Translations under genes and position numbers: made by a program
NCBI GenBank assembly: GCA_023227965.1
Contig: JALOCA010000005.1
Coordinates: 36,948-100,947 of the forward strand
DNA from: Lentimicrobiaceae bacterium
GTDB lineage: Bacteria; Bacteroidota; Bacteroidia; Bacteroidales; JALOCA01
Direction of reading: 5' to 3'
DNA: 64,000 nt
Shown: piece by piece, positions 39,540 to 47,058 of the stretch
How the letters are laid out: each line of letters begins with the position of its first letter
Numbering within the stretch: position 1 is the first letter of the stretch
Notes under the pieces: generated by a model
What the model saw: the letters and a program-made list of their open reading frames with translations, nothing else
Told to the model about the DNA's origin: nothing
The model's database searches: none

Positions 39540-39718
39540 CCATTCATAACTTATTGCTCCAAGCTCCGAACTCACAACTGTTTTACCACCTTACACGTAC
39601 CTATCGTTTCACCATTCCTTACCAAGCGTACCAAGTACATCCCTGGCAAAATGTAACATGCTGAAGAATTATAGAAATGGTTTGCAACCTTACGCTGAAC
39701 TCAGGTTAGTAATAATAC

Positions 39719-40765
39719 TCAACTATTTTTCATCCCTTTGTATCTTCTCCAGAACTTATACCGGGTAAAAGAGGTATATTTCATCACTTCGCAAAAGCCG
39801 GGAAGCCGCATCAGATAATGAAGCAGGCGATAGCTCAGTACCACCACGGCAAAAGTGATTGCCATTTCCAGGATGTTCGAAAACAATCGTGCGGTAAAGC
39901 TATTGCCGGGGATAATGTTGATAGAAGATAGCAGTTTCCAGAAATACCAGATCACCATGGCATTGGTAAAACATAAAATCCCGATGATGAAACCATGTGC
40001 GGTTTCGATGGCACGTTTGGGGCATTCGTTCATGCACCGCATACAACTTTCGCACCGGTAAGTCCAAAACGGACGCTTATCCACGGTAATAATGGCTTTA
40101 ACCGGGCAGTTCCGGATGCAAACATTACAATTGTCGCACGAGGTGTTGGCATAAAAGGATTTTGCAAAAATAAAGCGTCCGATAAAAAAGTAGCCTATGC
40201 TTACCGGGGCAATAATCATATCCTGGATAATATCGTAGAAAGCATGCATATCCTTTTTATTGCTGAAGATGTTTCCGGCAAATTTTTCGGAGATGCGTTT
40301 ACACCTTTCGTGTATGGACCGGACAACCTTTTCGCGTAAGCCTGGATGCAGCGAAATCCAATTCGACGGCAGGTCAATAGAGCGTAAACCGACAATTTTA
40401 TATCCTTTCATCCATAAAACCATCGCGGCAAGCCACAGGGTAATGCCACTAAGTCCGGGAAGGAAATACCTGGATAATTTCATTCCGGCACGGGTGTTTA
40501 CCAGGAATACGGTGTTGCCGTTGGCTTTCGGGAAACGAAAGATGAAATACATAACCACTGGCGGATAGTTAAATCCATGGGTAGGTCCGCAAAATCCAAG
40601 CATCGCATTTTGGGGTGGAGAAGGAATGTTCTTACGGTCAATCTTAGCCAGGTCAAACGCCGATACCGGTATTTGTTTTTCCGTGGCAACTTCGGTCAGC
40701 CAGCGTGTAACATTACGGGCATTGCCTGTTCCGGAGAAATAATAAATCAGCATCTGGTTAATCAT
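39719..40765 (-). CDS. EFR1-type flavodoxin-like / 2x[4Fe-4S] ferredoxin fused to a membrane domain
   Basis: N-terminus 'IYYFSGTGNARNV'. Ferredoxin motifs 'CDNCNVCIRNCP' and 'CESCMRCMNECP'. Hydrophobic helices flank the ferredoxin domain. Confidence 0.7.
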   Translation of the reverse strand: MINQMLIYYFSGTGNARNVTRWLTEVATEKQIPVSAFDLAKIDRKNIPSPPQNAMLGFCGPTHGFNYPPVVMYFIFRFPKANGNTVFLVNTRAGMKLSRYFLPGLSGITLWLAAMVLWMKGYKIVGLRSIDLPSNWISLHPGLREKVVRSIHERCKRISEKFAGNIFSNKKDMHAFYDIIQDMIIAPVSIGYFFIGRFIFAKSFYANTSCDNCNVCIRNCPVKAIITVDKRPFWTYRCESCMRCMNECPKRAIETAHGFIIGILCFTNAMVIWYFWKLLSSINIIPGNSFTARLFSNILEMAITFAVVVLSYRLLHYLMRLPGFCEVMKYTSFTRYKFWRRYKGMKNS

Positions 40766-40931
40766 AACATCTGGTTTTGTTTTACAAAAATCTAAATTTT
40801 TTGTGGATTTCTGCTAAACAGAAACAGGATTTTGTAGGAATAACTATGCCATGAATATCATTAAAGGGCAAAATATCCTAACACAAACAAAGTTATATGA
40901 ACTTTTTACAGTAACAGTACATAGTTTATAA

Positions 40932-41028
40932 TCTAACTATTTTAGTAAAGATATTAACTATTTTAGCAGATAATAATACTATAGTAATAAATAATAAATT
41001 TCTTTTTATAAAGAGTCTAACTATTTTA
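40932..41028 (+). promoter_or_regulatory. Three phased copies of the operator-like 13-mer CTAACTATTTTAG
   Basis: Copies at 40932-40944 (exact), 40953-40965 (12/13) and 41016-41028 (exact). Start-to-start spacings are 21 and 63 bp. The motif has CTAA..TTAG dyad ends. It lies upstream of the HTH gene. Confidence 0.45.
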
Positions 41029-41134
41029 GAAACAAATATGAAATATTTCGATTATAATTTTTCTATTATAGAATATTTAAATCGTCTTATTTATTATTTA
41101 TATATTATAGTAGCAAATAGTAATCATATTATTT

Positions 41135-41142
41135 ATATCTTT
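41135..41142 (+). promoter_or_regulatory. Candidate -7 box (TAnnTTTG) for the HTH gene
   Basis: 'tatctttg' lies 25 nt upstream of the ATG at 41167. Confidence 0.4.
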
Positions 41143-41166
41143 GTGCTATCATTAATCTTAATCGCC

Positions 41167-41532
41167 ATGCAAATATTAATCGGAACCATCATCAGGGAAT
41201 ACTGCGACAATAACAAGATAACTGTAAAAAAACTGGCTGCATTGGTAGGCGTTACCCCTGATGCCCTTTACAAGATGATACGGAGTAATCAGATTTCCAT
41301 CAATCTGCTTCAGCGTATTTCCGCAGCACTTAATTTCAATTTTTTTTCGTATTATGGTGCAACCACCGAATCCGAATCCAATAAACAGGAATTGGAAGCA
41401 CTGCGCAGTGCTTTTGCGTCGCAAAAACAGGAAATGGACCAAATGAAAATTCGGATGCAGTTGCTTGAGCAGGAAAACACCTATCTAAAACAAATCAACC
41501 GGCTACTGGAAGGGAAATCAATTACGAATTAA
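41167..41532 (+). CDS. Small HTH (XRE-like) protein with a C-terminal coiled coil
   Basis: 'ITVKKLAALVGVTPDALYKMIRSNQISINLLQRIS' is an HTH-like pattern. 'QELEALRS..QEMDQMKIRMQLLEQENTYLKQINRLLE' shows heptad periodicity. The start is moved from 41038 to the internal ATG behind a -7 box. The last codons and the stop lie inside the AATTACG repeat. Confidence 0.6.
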   Translation: MQILIGTIIREYCDNNKITVKKLAALVGVTPDALYKMIRSNQISINLLQRISAALNFNFFSYYGATTESESNKQELEALRSAFASQKQEMDQMKIRMQLLEQENTYLKQINRLLEGKSITN

Positions 41533-41616
41533 AAATTACGAATTACGAAGATCAATTACGAATTACGAAGATCAATTACGAATTACGGAAATCAATTACG
41601 AATTACGAATTACGGG
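41517..41616. repeat. Tandem array built from the heptamer AATTACG (20-bp super-unit 'atcaattacgaattacgaag' x about 4)
   Basis: Read directly from the sequence. The array starts inside the 3' end of the HTH gene. Confidence 0.9.
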
Positions 41617-41672
41617 ATTTTCTCTTTACCAAATTAAATCCGCCGCACCCGCCTCATCCGTGTTCCAATGAC

Positions 41673-41702
41673 AATTACGAATTAAAAATTACGAATTACG
41701 AA
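41673..41702 (+). repeat. 30-nt repeat 'aattacgaattaaaaattacgaattacgaa', direct copy 2 (copy 1 is at 41520-41549)
   Basis: Exact 30/30 identity with 41520-41549, and exact reverse-complement identity with 42729-42758. Confidence 0.9.
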
Positions 41703-41795
41703 AAACCTTTCAGTGTGCGAAGCACCTGGAAGAGTTTAACAATTTAACAATTTCCGTATCTTTACAAAAAATATCCTTTGGCAGCTTCGCACGAT

Positions 41796-42713
41796 ATGCA
41801 AAACCAGTACCGCCTGGTATGGACGGTTACCCGCTCGGTACTCGAAACGCAGCATTTTAAGCAGCAGCGCGGAAAAGGTCAACGAAAAAGCCGTTGGCAA
41901 CTCTTTGAACGACTACTGGCAATTTTTTCTTTTCTGCTTTTCCTGGTTGGCTTACGCAAAAGGGGCTTTTTGCATGCCTCCCACATCCAGTTGAACGAAG
42001 TAACCCTTACTTATCCCGACCTCCCTACTGAATTTCATGATTACCGTATCCTTCATCTTACCGACCTCCATCTCGATTCGCTTCCTGGTCTGGAAAAGCT
42101 TATTGCCAACGCCATCAAAAAAATAAAGTGCGATGCCTGTGTGCTTACCGGCGACTATCGTCTGAAAACGCATGGAGCATATCGTCAGATATTAAGTCCG
42201 ATGCAGTATATCGTTTCTGCTGCGAAAGTCAGAGACGGGATTTTTGCCACCCTTGGTAACCACGATACCTGGATGATGGTAGAACCTATGGAAGCCATGG
42301 GGATTAGAATACTTGCCAATGAAAGTCATTTTATAGAACGTAACGGGCAGAAGATAACCTTTACCGGTTCCGACGACCCACATTATTATTATACCGATCA
42401 GGCTTTTCAATGTTTGGAATCTGCAGGAGATGGTTTTAAAATAGCTTTGGTACATTCTCCCGAATTGTTCGATCTTGCCGCCGAAAACGGTTACAAACTA
42501 TATCTTTGCGGGCACACCCACGGCGGACAGATTTGTCTTCCGGGAGGCAAACCTCTTATCCGACACCTTTACAATGGCAAAAAGTATTACAAAGGTTTGT
42601 GGCAATACAAACAGATGAAAGGTTACACCAGCGAAGGTTGTGGTACTTCAGGTATTCCTATTCGTTTTAATTCCCATAGCGAAGTTACCCTTTTCACCCT
42701 AAAACGACAATGA
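41796..42713 (+). CDS. Membrane-anchored metallophosphoesterase (YaeI-like, calcineurin-like fold)
   Basis: 'ILHLTDLHLD', 'LTGDY', 'LGNHD' and 'CGHTHGGQ' motifs with an N-terminal TM segment. The ORF opens with TTG at 41778; the first ATG is at 41796. Confidence 0.85.
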   Translation: MQNQYRLVWTVTRSVLETQHFKQQRGKGQRKSRWQLFERLLAIFSFLLFLVGLRKRGFLHASHIQLNEVTLTYPDLPTEFHDYRILHLTDLHLDSLPGLEKLIANAIKKIKCDACVLTGDYRLKTHGAYRQILSPMQYIVSAAKVRDGIFATLGNHDTWMMVEPMEAMGIRILANESHFIERNGQKITFTGSDDPHYYYTDQAFQCLESAGDGFKIALVHSPELFDLAAENGYKLYLCGHTHGGQICLPGGKPLIRHLYNGKKYYKGLWQYKQMKGYTSEGCGTSGIPIRFNSHSEVTLFTLKRQ

Positions 42714-42728
42714 AAAATTAAACCGTAA

Positions 42729-42758
42729 TTCGTAATTCGTAATTTTTAATTCGTAATT
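42729..42758 (-). repeat. Inverted copy of the 30-nt AATTACG-based repeat
   Basis: Exact reverse complement of 41673-41702. Lies in the 50-nt convergent gap between the phosphoesterase and MATE genes. Confidence 0.9.
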
Positions 42759-42763
42759 CAAAG

Positions 42764-44098
42764 TCATACCACCTTGAGCCGCCATTTCCCTGTCCTTAGA
42801 TACAGCACCGAGAGGCTGCCGAGGATAATAAAATAGATGTATTCGCAGCACCACACAATTTCGATAGGGAAACGGTAAACTACTGCCAGTAGGTATACTG
42901 CAAAAAGGTAAACCCCTATAGTAAAAAGCTCAATCAGCATGGCAATATTTGTGTTGGCAGTACCCGACACCCCGCTGAAAATTATAAGGGAAACAGAAAA
43001 CAATACCATTGCACCCAGTATTACATACAACGTAGGTAATGTACTGTTAATAAGTGATTGGTCCGAAGTATAAATGCCGATAATCTGGTGTGGAAAAAGA
43101 GCCGAAACCACTATTATAGCCAGTGTTGAAAGCAAACTTAGCCTGATAACCTTTCTAATGACAGGAATAACCTTGTCGGGTTTTCCTTCTCCAAGCGAAT
43201 TACTCACCAGCGTATTCACTGCCGAACTAAACCCCCATAAAGGAATCATCAATACAAGATAAATACTCCTGATAATATTCGAAATGGCAAGATTATGTTC
43301 GCCCATGTGTTCCACTATCATAAAAAACACGAACCATCCTGCTAATGAAACAAAATTCTGAAGCATCACAAATACTGAGATGTTCAGTGTCTTTTTTATC
43401 ACCGGTATTTCGATTTTCCGGAAACGAAAAAGATTATATTTTTTCAGGTCAACCGTAAGAAAAGTGAGAACGATAAAAAATACTGCCGAACTGGCTTCTG
43501 CTATCACCGAGGCTATGGCTGCTCCAGCTATGCCCATTTTAGGGAAACCCCAGTTGCCGAAAATAAGACACCATCCCAGGATTACATTTACAACTGCCAT
43601 CATCACAGCACTGAATGTAAGCAACTTTGTTTTGGTAATACCAATATAAAATGCCCTGAATATAACATTGATAAAGGCGAAAAACAGTCCATAGATTCGG
43701 TAACGCAAAAACTCATGAGTAGCCACATATACCCCACTTGAGGCAATGAACTTCTTCAGAATGACAGGGGATAGAAATTTTATGAAAAGAAATAAAAACA
43801 AAGCCAGTGCAAGAAGGAAGAATAAGCTGTTATCGAAAATTTTGCCAGTTTCGTACAGTTTTTGTTCTCCGTTGCGGCGTGCTATGAGGATTTGCCCGCC
43901 AACAGCGAAGCCAAATCCCAACATGTAAAGGGAGATATAAAATAGCCCACCAATGGCAGAAGCCCCTAATTCCACCTCACCCACCCTGCCAAGGAAGGCA
44001 GTGTCAGTAACGTTAATCACATTCTGGGCAACCAGACTCAGAATGATAGGGTAAGAAATATTCCAGATGTCGCGGTACGAAGGAATCTTCCGTTCCAT
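42764..44098 (-). CDS. MATE-family efflux transporter
   Basis: About 445 aa with 12 TM helices and the typical MATE N-terminus ('NISYPIILSLVAQNVINVTDTAFLGRVG'). The start (GTG 44101 or ATG 44098) overlaps the thiS stop codon. Confidence 0.9.
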   Translation of the reverse strand: MERKIPSYRDIWNISYPIILSLVAQNVINVTDTAFLGRVGEVELGASAIGGLFYISLYMLGFGFAVGGQILIARRNGEQKLYETGKIFDNSLFFLLALALFLFLFIKFLSPVILKKFIASSGVYVATHEFLRYRIYGLFFAFINVIFRAFYIGITKTKLLTFSAVMMAVVNVILGWCLIFGNWGFPKMGIAGAAIASVIAEASSAVFFIVLTFLTVDLKKYNLFRFRKIEIPVIKKTLNISVFVMLQNFVSLAGWFVFFMIVEHMGEHNLAISNIIRSIYLVLMIPLWGFSSAVNTLVSNSLGEGKPDKVIPVIRKVIRLSLLSTLAIIVVSALFPHQIIGIYTSDQSLINSTLPTLYVILGAMVLFSVSLIIFSGVSGTANTNIAMLIELFTIGVYLFAVYLLAVVYRFPIEIVWCCEYIYFIILGSLSVLYLRTGKWRLKVV

Positions 44099-44304
44099 CA
44101 CCCTCCGCTTATCAGGTGCAAAACCATCACATCATCACCTTCGGCAATGGTTGTAGTTGTATAGTCTTCTTTTTTTATCAGCTTCCCGTTGATTTTAATT
44201 ACCAGCATTTTAAAAGAAAACTTCTTTAAGTTCAGCAACTTGTCCACAGTAAGTGTTTCTATGCCGGTGAAAGTTTCTGAGTTATTGTTAAGAATGATAT
44301 TCAT
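44098..44304 (-). CDS. thiS: ThiS-family ubiquitin-like sulfur carrier protein
   Basis: 68 aa ending in '...VLHLISGG*' (C-terminal Gly-Gly). 'INGKLIKKEDY' matches the ThiS pattern. Confidence 0.8.
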   Translation of the reverse strand: MNIILNNNSETFTGIETLTVDKLLNLKKFSFKMLVIKINGKLIKKEDYTTTTIAEGDDVMVLHLISGG

Positions 44305-44334
44305 GGTTTTAAAAAAAATAATTTTATTAAAAAA

Positions 44335-44955
44335 TTATCCAAGAAGCAGTTCCATCACCTGGTTTGCTTCCATGTTTGCAACAATGCCTACACGCGGACC
44401 CAATGGCGGAAGGTATTCCGAAACTTCCGTTTCCATATCACCGCAAATGTACAAATTATCAAATCTCCGGGTGGTAAGCAGGTTATTCTTTCCCCAGCCG
44501 GCAAGTCCCATGCCCGAAACGATGGGTTTTCCAGGCATTTCGCCAAGAACGGTTTCTATAATCATCTGTTTCATCGCAGCCTGATCGAAAGCTTCCACCA
44601 CCACATCACAGTTTTTGAAAAGTGATACAATAGAATCCGGCTCCAGTTTGATGTCGTAAGCTTCTACTTTTACTTTCGGATCAATGCATGCAATATTTTC
44701 TCTGAGAGCAAAAGCCTTTTTCTGTCCAATCTGGCTAAAAAAGAAATACTGGCGGTTAAGGTTGCTTTCTGCTATCACATCAAAATCAGCTATGATAAGT
44801 TTGCCTATACCAACTCTTGCCAATGCAATGGCACAGTTGGAACCCAGCCCACCGCAGCCCGCAATGCCAACGGTTTTTTTCTTCAGTATTTCCCGGTAAT
44901 TGTTCATGATCAAAGTTTCAAGTTTCTCATTTAAAATTTCAAGTTTCTGGCTCAC
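44335..44955 (-). CDS. thiF: ThiF/MoeB/HesA-family E1-like adenylyltransferase (short, 'ThiF family 2'-like)
   Basis: 'VGIAGCGGLGSNCAIALARVGIGKLIIADFDVIAESNLNRQ' is a nucleotide-binding fold. The protein is only ~200 aa, with no rhodanese or peptide-clamp extension. Confidence 0.8.
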   Translation of the reverse strand: MSQKLEILNEKLETLIMNNYREILKKKTVGIAGCGGLGSNCAIALARVGIGKLIIADFDVIAESNLNRQYFFFSQIGQKKAFALRENIACIDPKVKVEAYDIKLEPDSIVSLFKNCDVVVEAFDQAAMKQMIIETVLGEMPGKPIVSGMGLAGWGKNNLLTTRRFDNLYICGDMETEVSEYLPPLGPRVGIVANMEANQVMELLLG

Positions 44956-45005
44956 CCTGCTCCAAACTCACCACTCCAAGCTTATAAAAACGAACTTCTT
45001 AAATC

Positions 45006-45800
45006 TCACTTCTTAAATTCAAAACCGTCCCAATCCAGTCCCACGGTAAATTCGTTGCGAAATTCCTGCATTTTGCTGTAGTTAAGCGTAACGGTTTCTA
45101 TGCTTTCCACCGCAGGGGGTAATTTGATTACAGGCTTCCCTTTAAAATTGAGTACAATGGAATTACCCTGATAGGCAACTCCTTTTACATCTGTTCCTAT
45201 TCTGTTTATCCCGGCAACATAACACTGATTTTCGATGGCGCGTGCCATCAGAAGATGTTTCCAAGCAAAATTGCGTCTGCCGGGCCAGTTGGCAACGTAA
45301 ATGATTAAATCGTATTCGTATTGTCCTTCGGAATAAGAATTTTTAGCCCAAACAGGGAAACGAAGATCGTAACAAATGAGCGGGCGGATTTTCCAGCCAT
45401 TGATTTCGGTAACGAGGCGTTTATTCCCATTTGAAAAACGCAGGTGTTCGTTTCCCATGCGGAAAAGATGCCGTTTGTCGTAGGTTTCGTACGAGCCATC
45501 AGGGCGCATCCACACCAAACGGTTATAAAAATTCCCGTTTTCGCGGATGATGAGGCTTCCGGTAGTTACACAATTTTTTTCTAAAGCAGTATTTTTCAGC
45601 CATTGCATGGCTGTTCCATCCATTGTTTCGGCTACGTTTTCCGGTTCAATGGTAAAACCGGTACTAAACATTTCGGGAAGAACGATCAGATCGGTTGGAA
45701 CTTTTATCCTGCTGATTTTTTCCGAAAAATTGTCGAGGTTCTGCTGGGTATTTTCCCAAAACAGGTCGCTCTGAACGATGCTGATGGTTAGATTTTGCAT
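45006..45800 (-). CDS. Carbon-nitrogen hydrolase, omega-amidase (YafV-like)
   Basis: Nitrilase-superfamily triad contexts 'VLPEMF', 'YDKRHLF' and 'LICYDLRFP'. Overlaps the aminotransferase gene by 13 nt. Confidence 0.85.
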   Translation of the reverse strand: MQNLTISIVQSDLFWENTQQNLDNFSEKISRIKVPTDLIVLPEMFSTGFTIEPENVAETMDGTAMQWLKNTALEKNCVTTGSLIIRENGNFYNRLVWMRPDGSYETYDKRHLFRMGNEHLRFSNGNKRLVTEINGWKIRPLICYDLRFPVWAKNSYSEGQYEYDLIIYVANWPGRRNFAWKHLLMARAIENQCYVAGINRIGTDVKGVAYQGNSIVLNFKGKPVIKLPPAVESIETVTLNYSKMQEFRNEFTVGLDWDGFEFKK

Positions 45801-46945
45801 AATATTTCTGCTGATTTTTCCAATGTTTCGTCTGTTTTGGCAAAACAGAACCTTAACAGTTTGTTTTCATTTCCTTTATGATAGAAAGCCGAAACCGGCA
45901 CCGAACCTAATCCGTATTCTTTGGTAAGCCTTACGGCAAAATCAAATTCCTTTTCTTCCGAAATGCGGCTGTAGTCGAGCAGTTGGAAATAGGTGCCATA
46001 ACAGGGAACCACTTTAAACCTGCTTTCTTGAATCAGTTTTGCAAAAAGATCTCTTTTTTGTTGGTAAAACGAAGAAAGGCTTTCATAGTTGTCTTTATCG
46101 CGGATAAATTCGGCATAGGCATGCTGGACGGGCGTGTTTACACAAAATACCACAAACTGGTGAACCTTGCGGAATTCAGACATCAGGTTTTCAGGGGCAA
46201 GTACAAAACCGACTTTCCATCCGGTGGTGTGGAAGGTTTTACCAAAGGAACCCACTATCAGACTTCGTTGCGCCAGTTCCGGATACAAACACACACTTTC
46301 GTGGCGTATGCCGTCAAAAATAAGATGTTCATACACTTCATCACTTAAAATGATGATATCGGTATTTTGAGTAATTTTTTCCAATTCTTTCATGTCTTCC
46401 GGCTTCCAAATACTTCCTGATGGATTGTGAGGGGTGTTCAGAATAATCATCCGGGTACGGTTAGAAATCATTTTCTTGATTTCTTTCCAATCAATATGGA
46501 AATCAGGTTGCCTTAACTCAACATATTTTACAATTCCGCCGTTGAGAATTACCGAAGGTGCATAGCTGTCGTAAGCCGGTTCAAAAATTAGTGCTTCGTC
46601 GTCCGGATGGATAAATGCAGCAATGATACTGGAAATTGCCTGAGTTCCTCCTGCAGTGATATTTATCTCTTTTACAGAGTCGTATTCTACATTGCAGGTG
46701 CTTTTCACTTTTTCGGCTATTCCTTCCCGCAAAGACAAAACTCCCTGCATGGGGGCATATTGGTTCATGCCTTTACGCATGTATTTTTCTACAAGAGAAA
46801 TTAACTTTTCGGAAATAGGAAAATCCGGAAAACCCTGCGAAAGATTAATAGCATTACATTCGTTTGCCAATCCTGACATTACGGCAAATATTGAAGTAGA
46901 TAAACCGGGTTGTTTGGAAGCAAATGATCCTGGAAATTTCTCCAT
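45788..46945 (-). CDS. Class I/II PLP aminotransferase (methionine/glutamine transaminase YbdL-like)
   Basis: 'LNTPHNPSG' and 'SFGKTFHTTGWKVG' (PLP Lys). 385 aa. Confidence 0.88.
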   Translation of the reverse strand: MEKFPGSFASKQPGLSTSIFAVMSGLANECNAINLSQGFPDFPISEKLISLVEKYMRKGMNQYAPMQGVLSLREGIAEKVKSTCNVEYDSVKEINITAGGTQAISSIIAAFIHPDDEALIFEPAYDSYAPSVILNGGIVKYVELRQPDFHIDWKEIKKMISNRTRMIILNTPHNPSGSIWKPEDMKELEKITQNTDIIILSDEVYEHLIFDGIRHESVCLYPELAQRSLIVGSFGKTFHTTGWKVGFVLAPENLMSEFRKVHQFVVFCVNTPVQHAYAEFIRDKDNYESLSSFYQQKRDLFAKLIQESRFKVVPCYGTYFQLLDYSRISEEKEFDFAVRLTKEYGLGSVPVSAFYHKGNENKLLRFCFAKTDETLEKSAEILCKI

Positions 46946-47058
46946 ACATTTTTATATTTTTCGGAACAAAAGTACAGATTTTACACAAAACCATTTTTAT
47001 TATCGCCATGTATGGAATACAAAAAATAATTGTACATTTGGTGAATAAAAATAAAACA

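Noticed and set aside
39384-39664. ORFs 39384..39575 (-) and 39479..39664 (+) in the 557-bp gene-free region.
   Set aside because: Their 'IRTIRTIRT' and 'CGLCGLCGL' stretches are translations of the 9-bp tandem repeat. There are no other coding signals. I also looked for tRNA, tmRNA, RNase P or SRP-like conserved strings here and saw none. A covariance-model scan would be needed to exclude a novel ncRNA.
41517-41616. The regularly spaced repeat array might have been a CRISPR array.
   Set aside because: The period is only 20 bp with no unique spacers between repeats, and no cas genes are in the window. It is a microsatellite-type tandem repeat.
44956-45005. Possible TPP riboswitch in front of thiF-thiS.
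   Set aside because: The gap is only 50 nt and lacks the conserved CUGAGA / ACCUGAUCUGGAUAAUGC-type elements as far as I can see by eye. An Rfam scan was not run.
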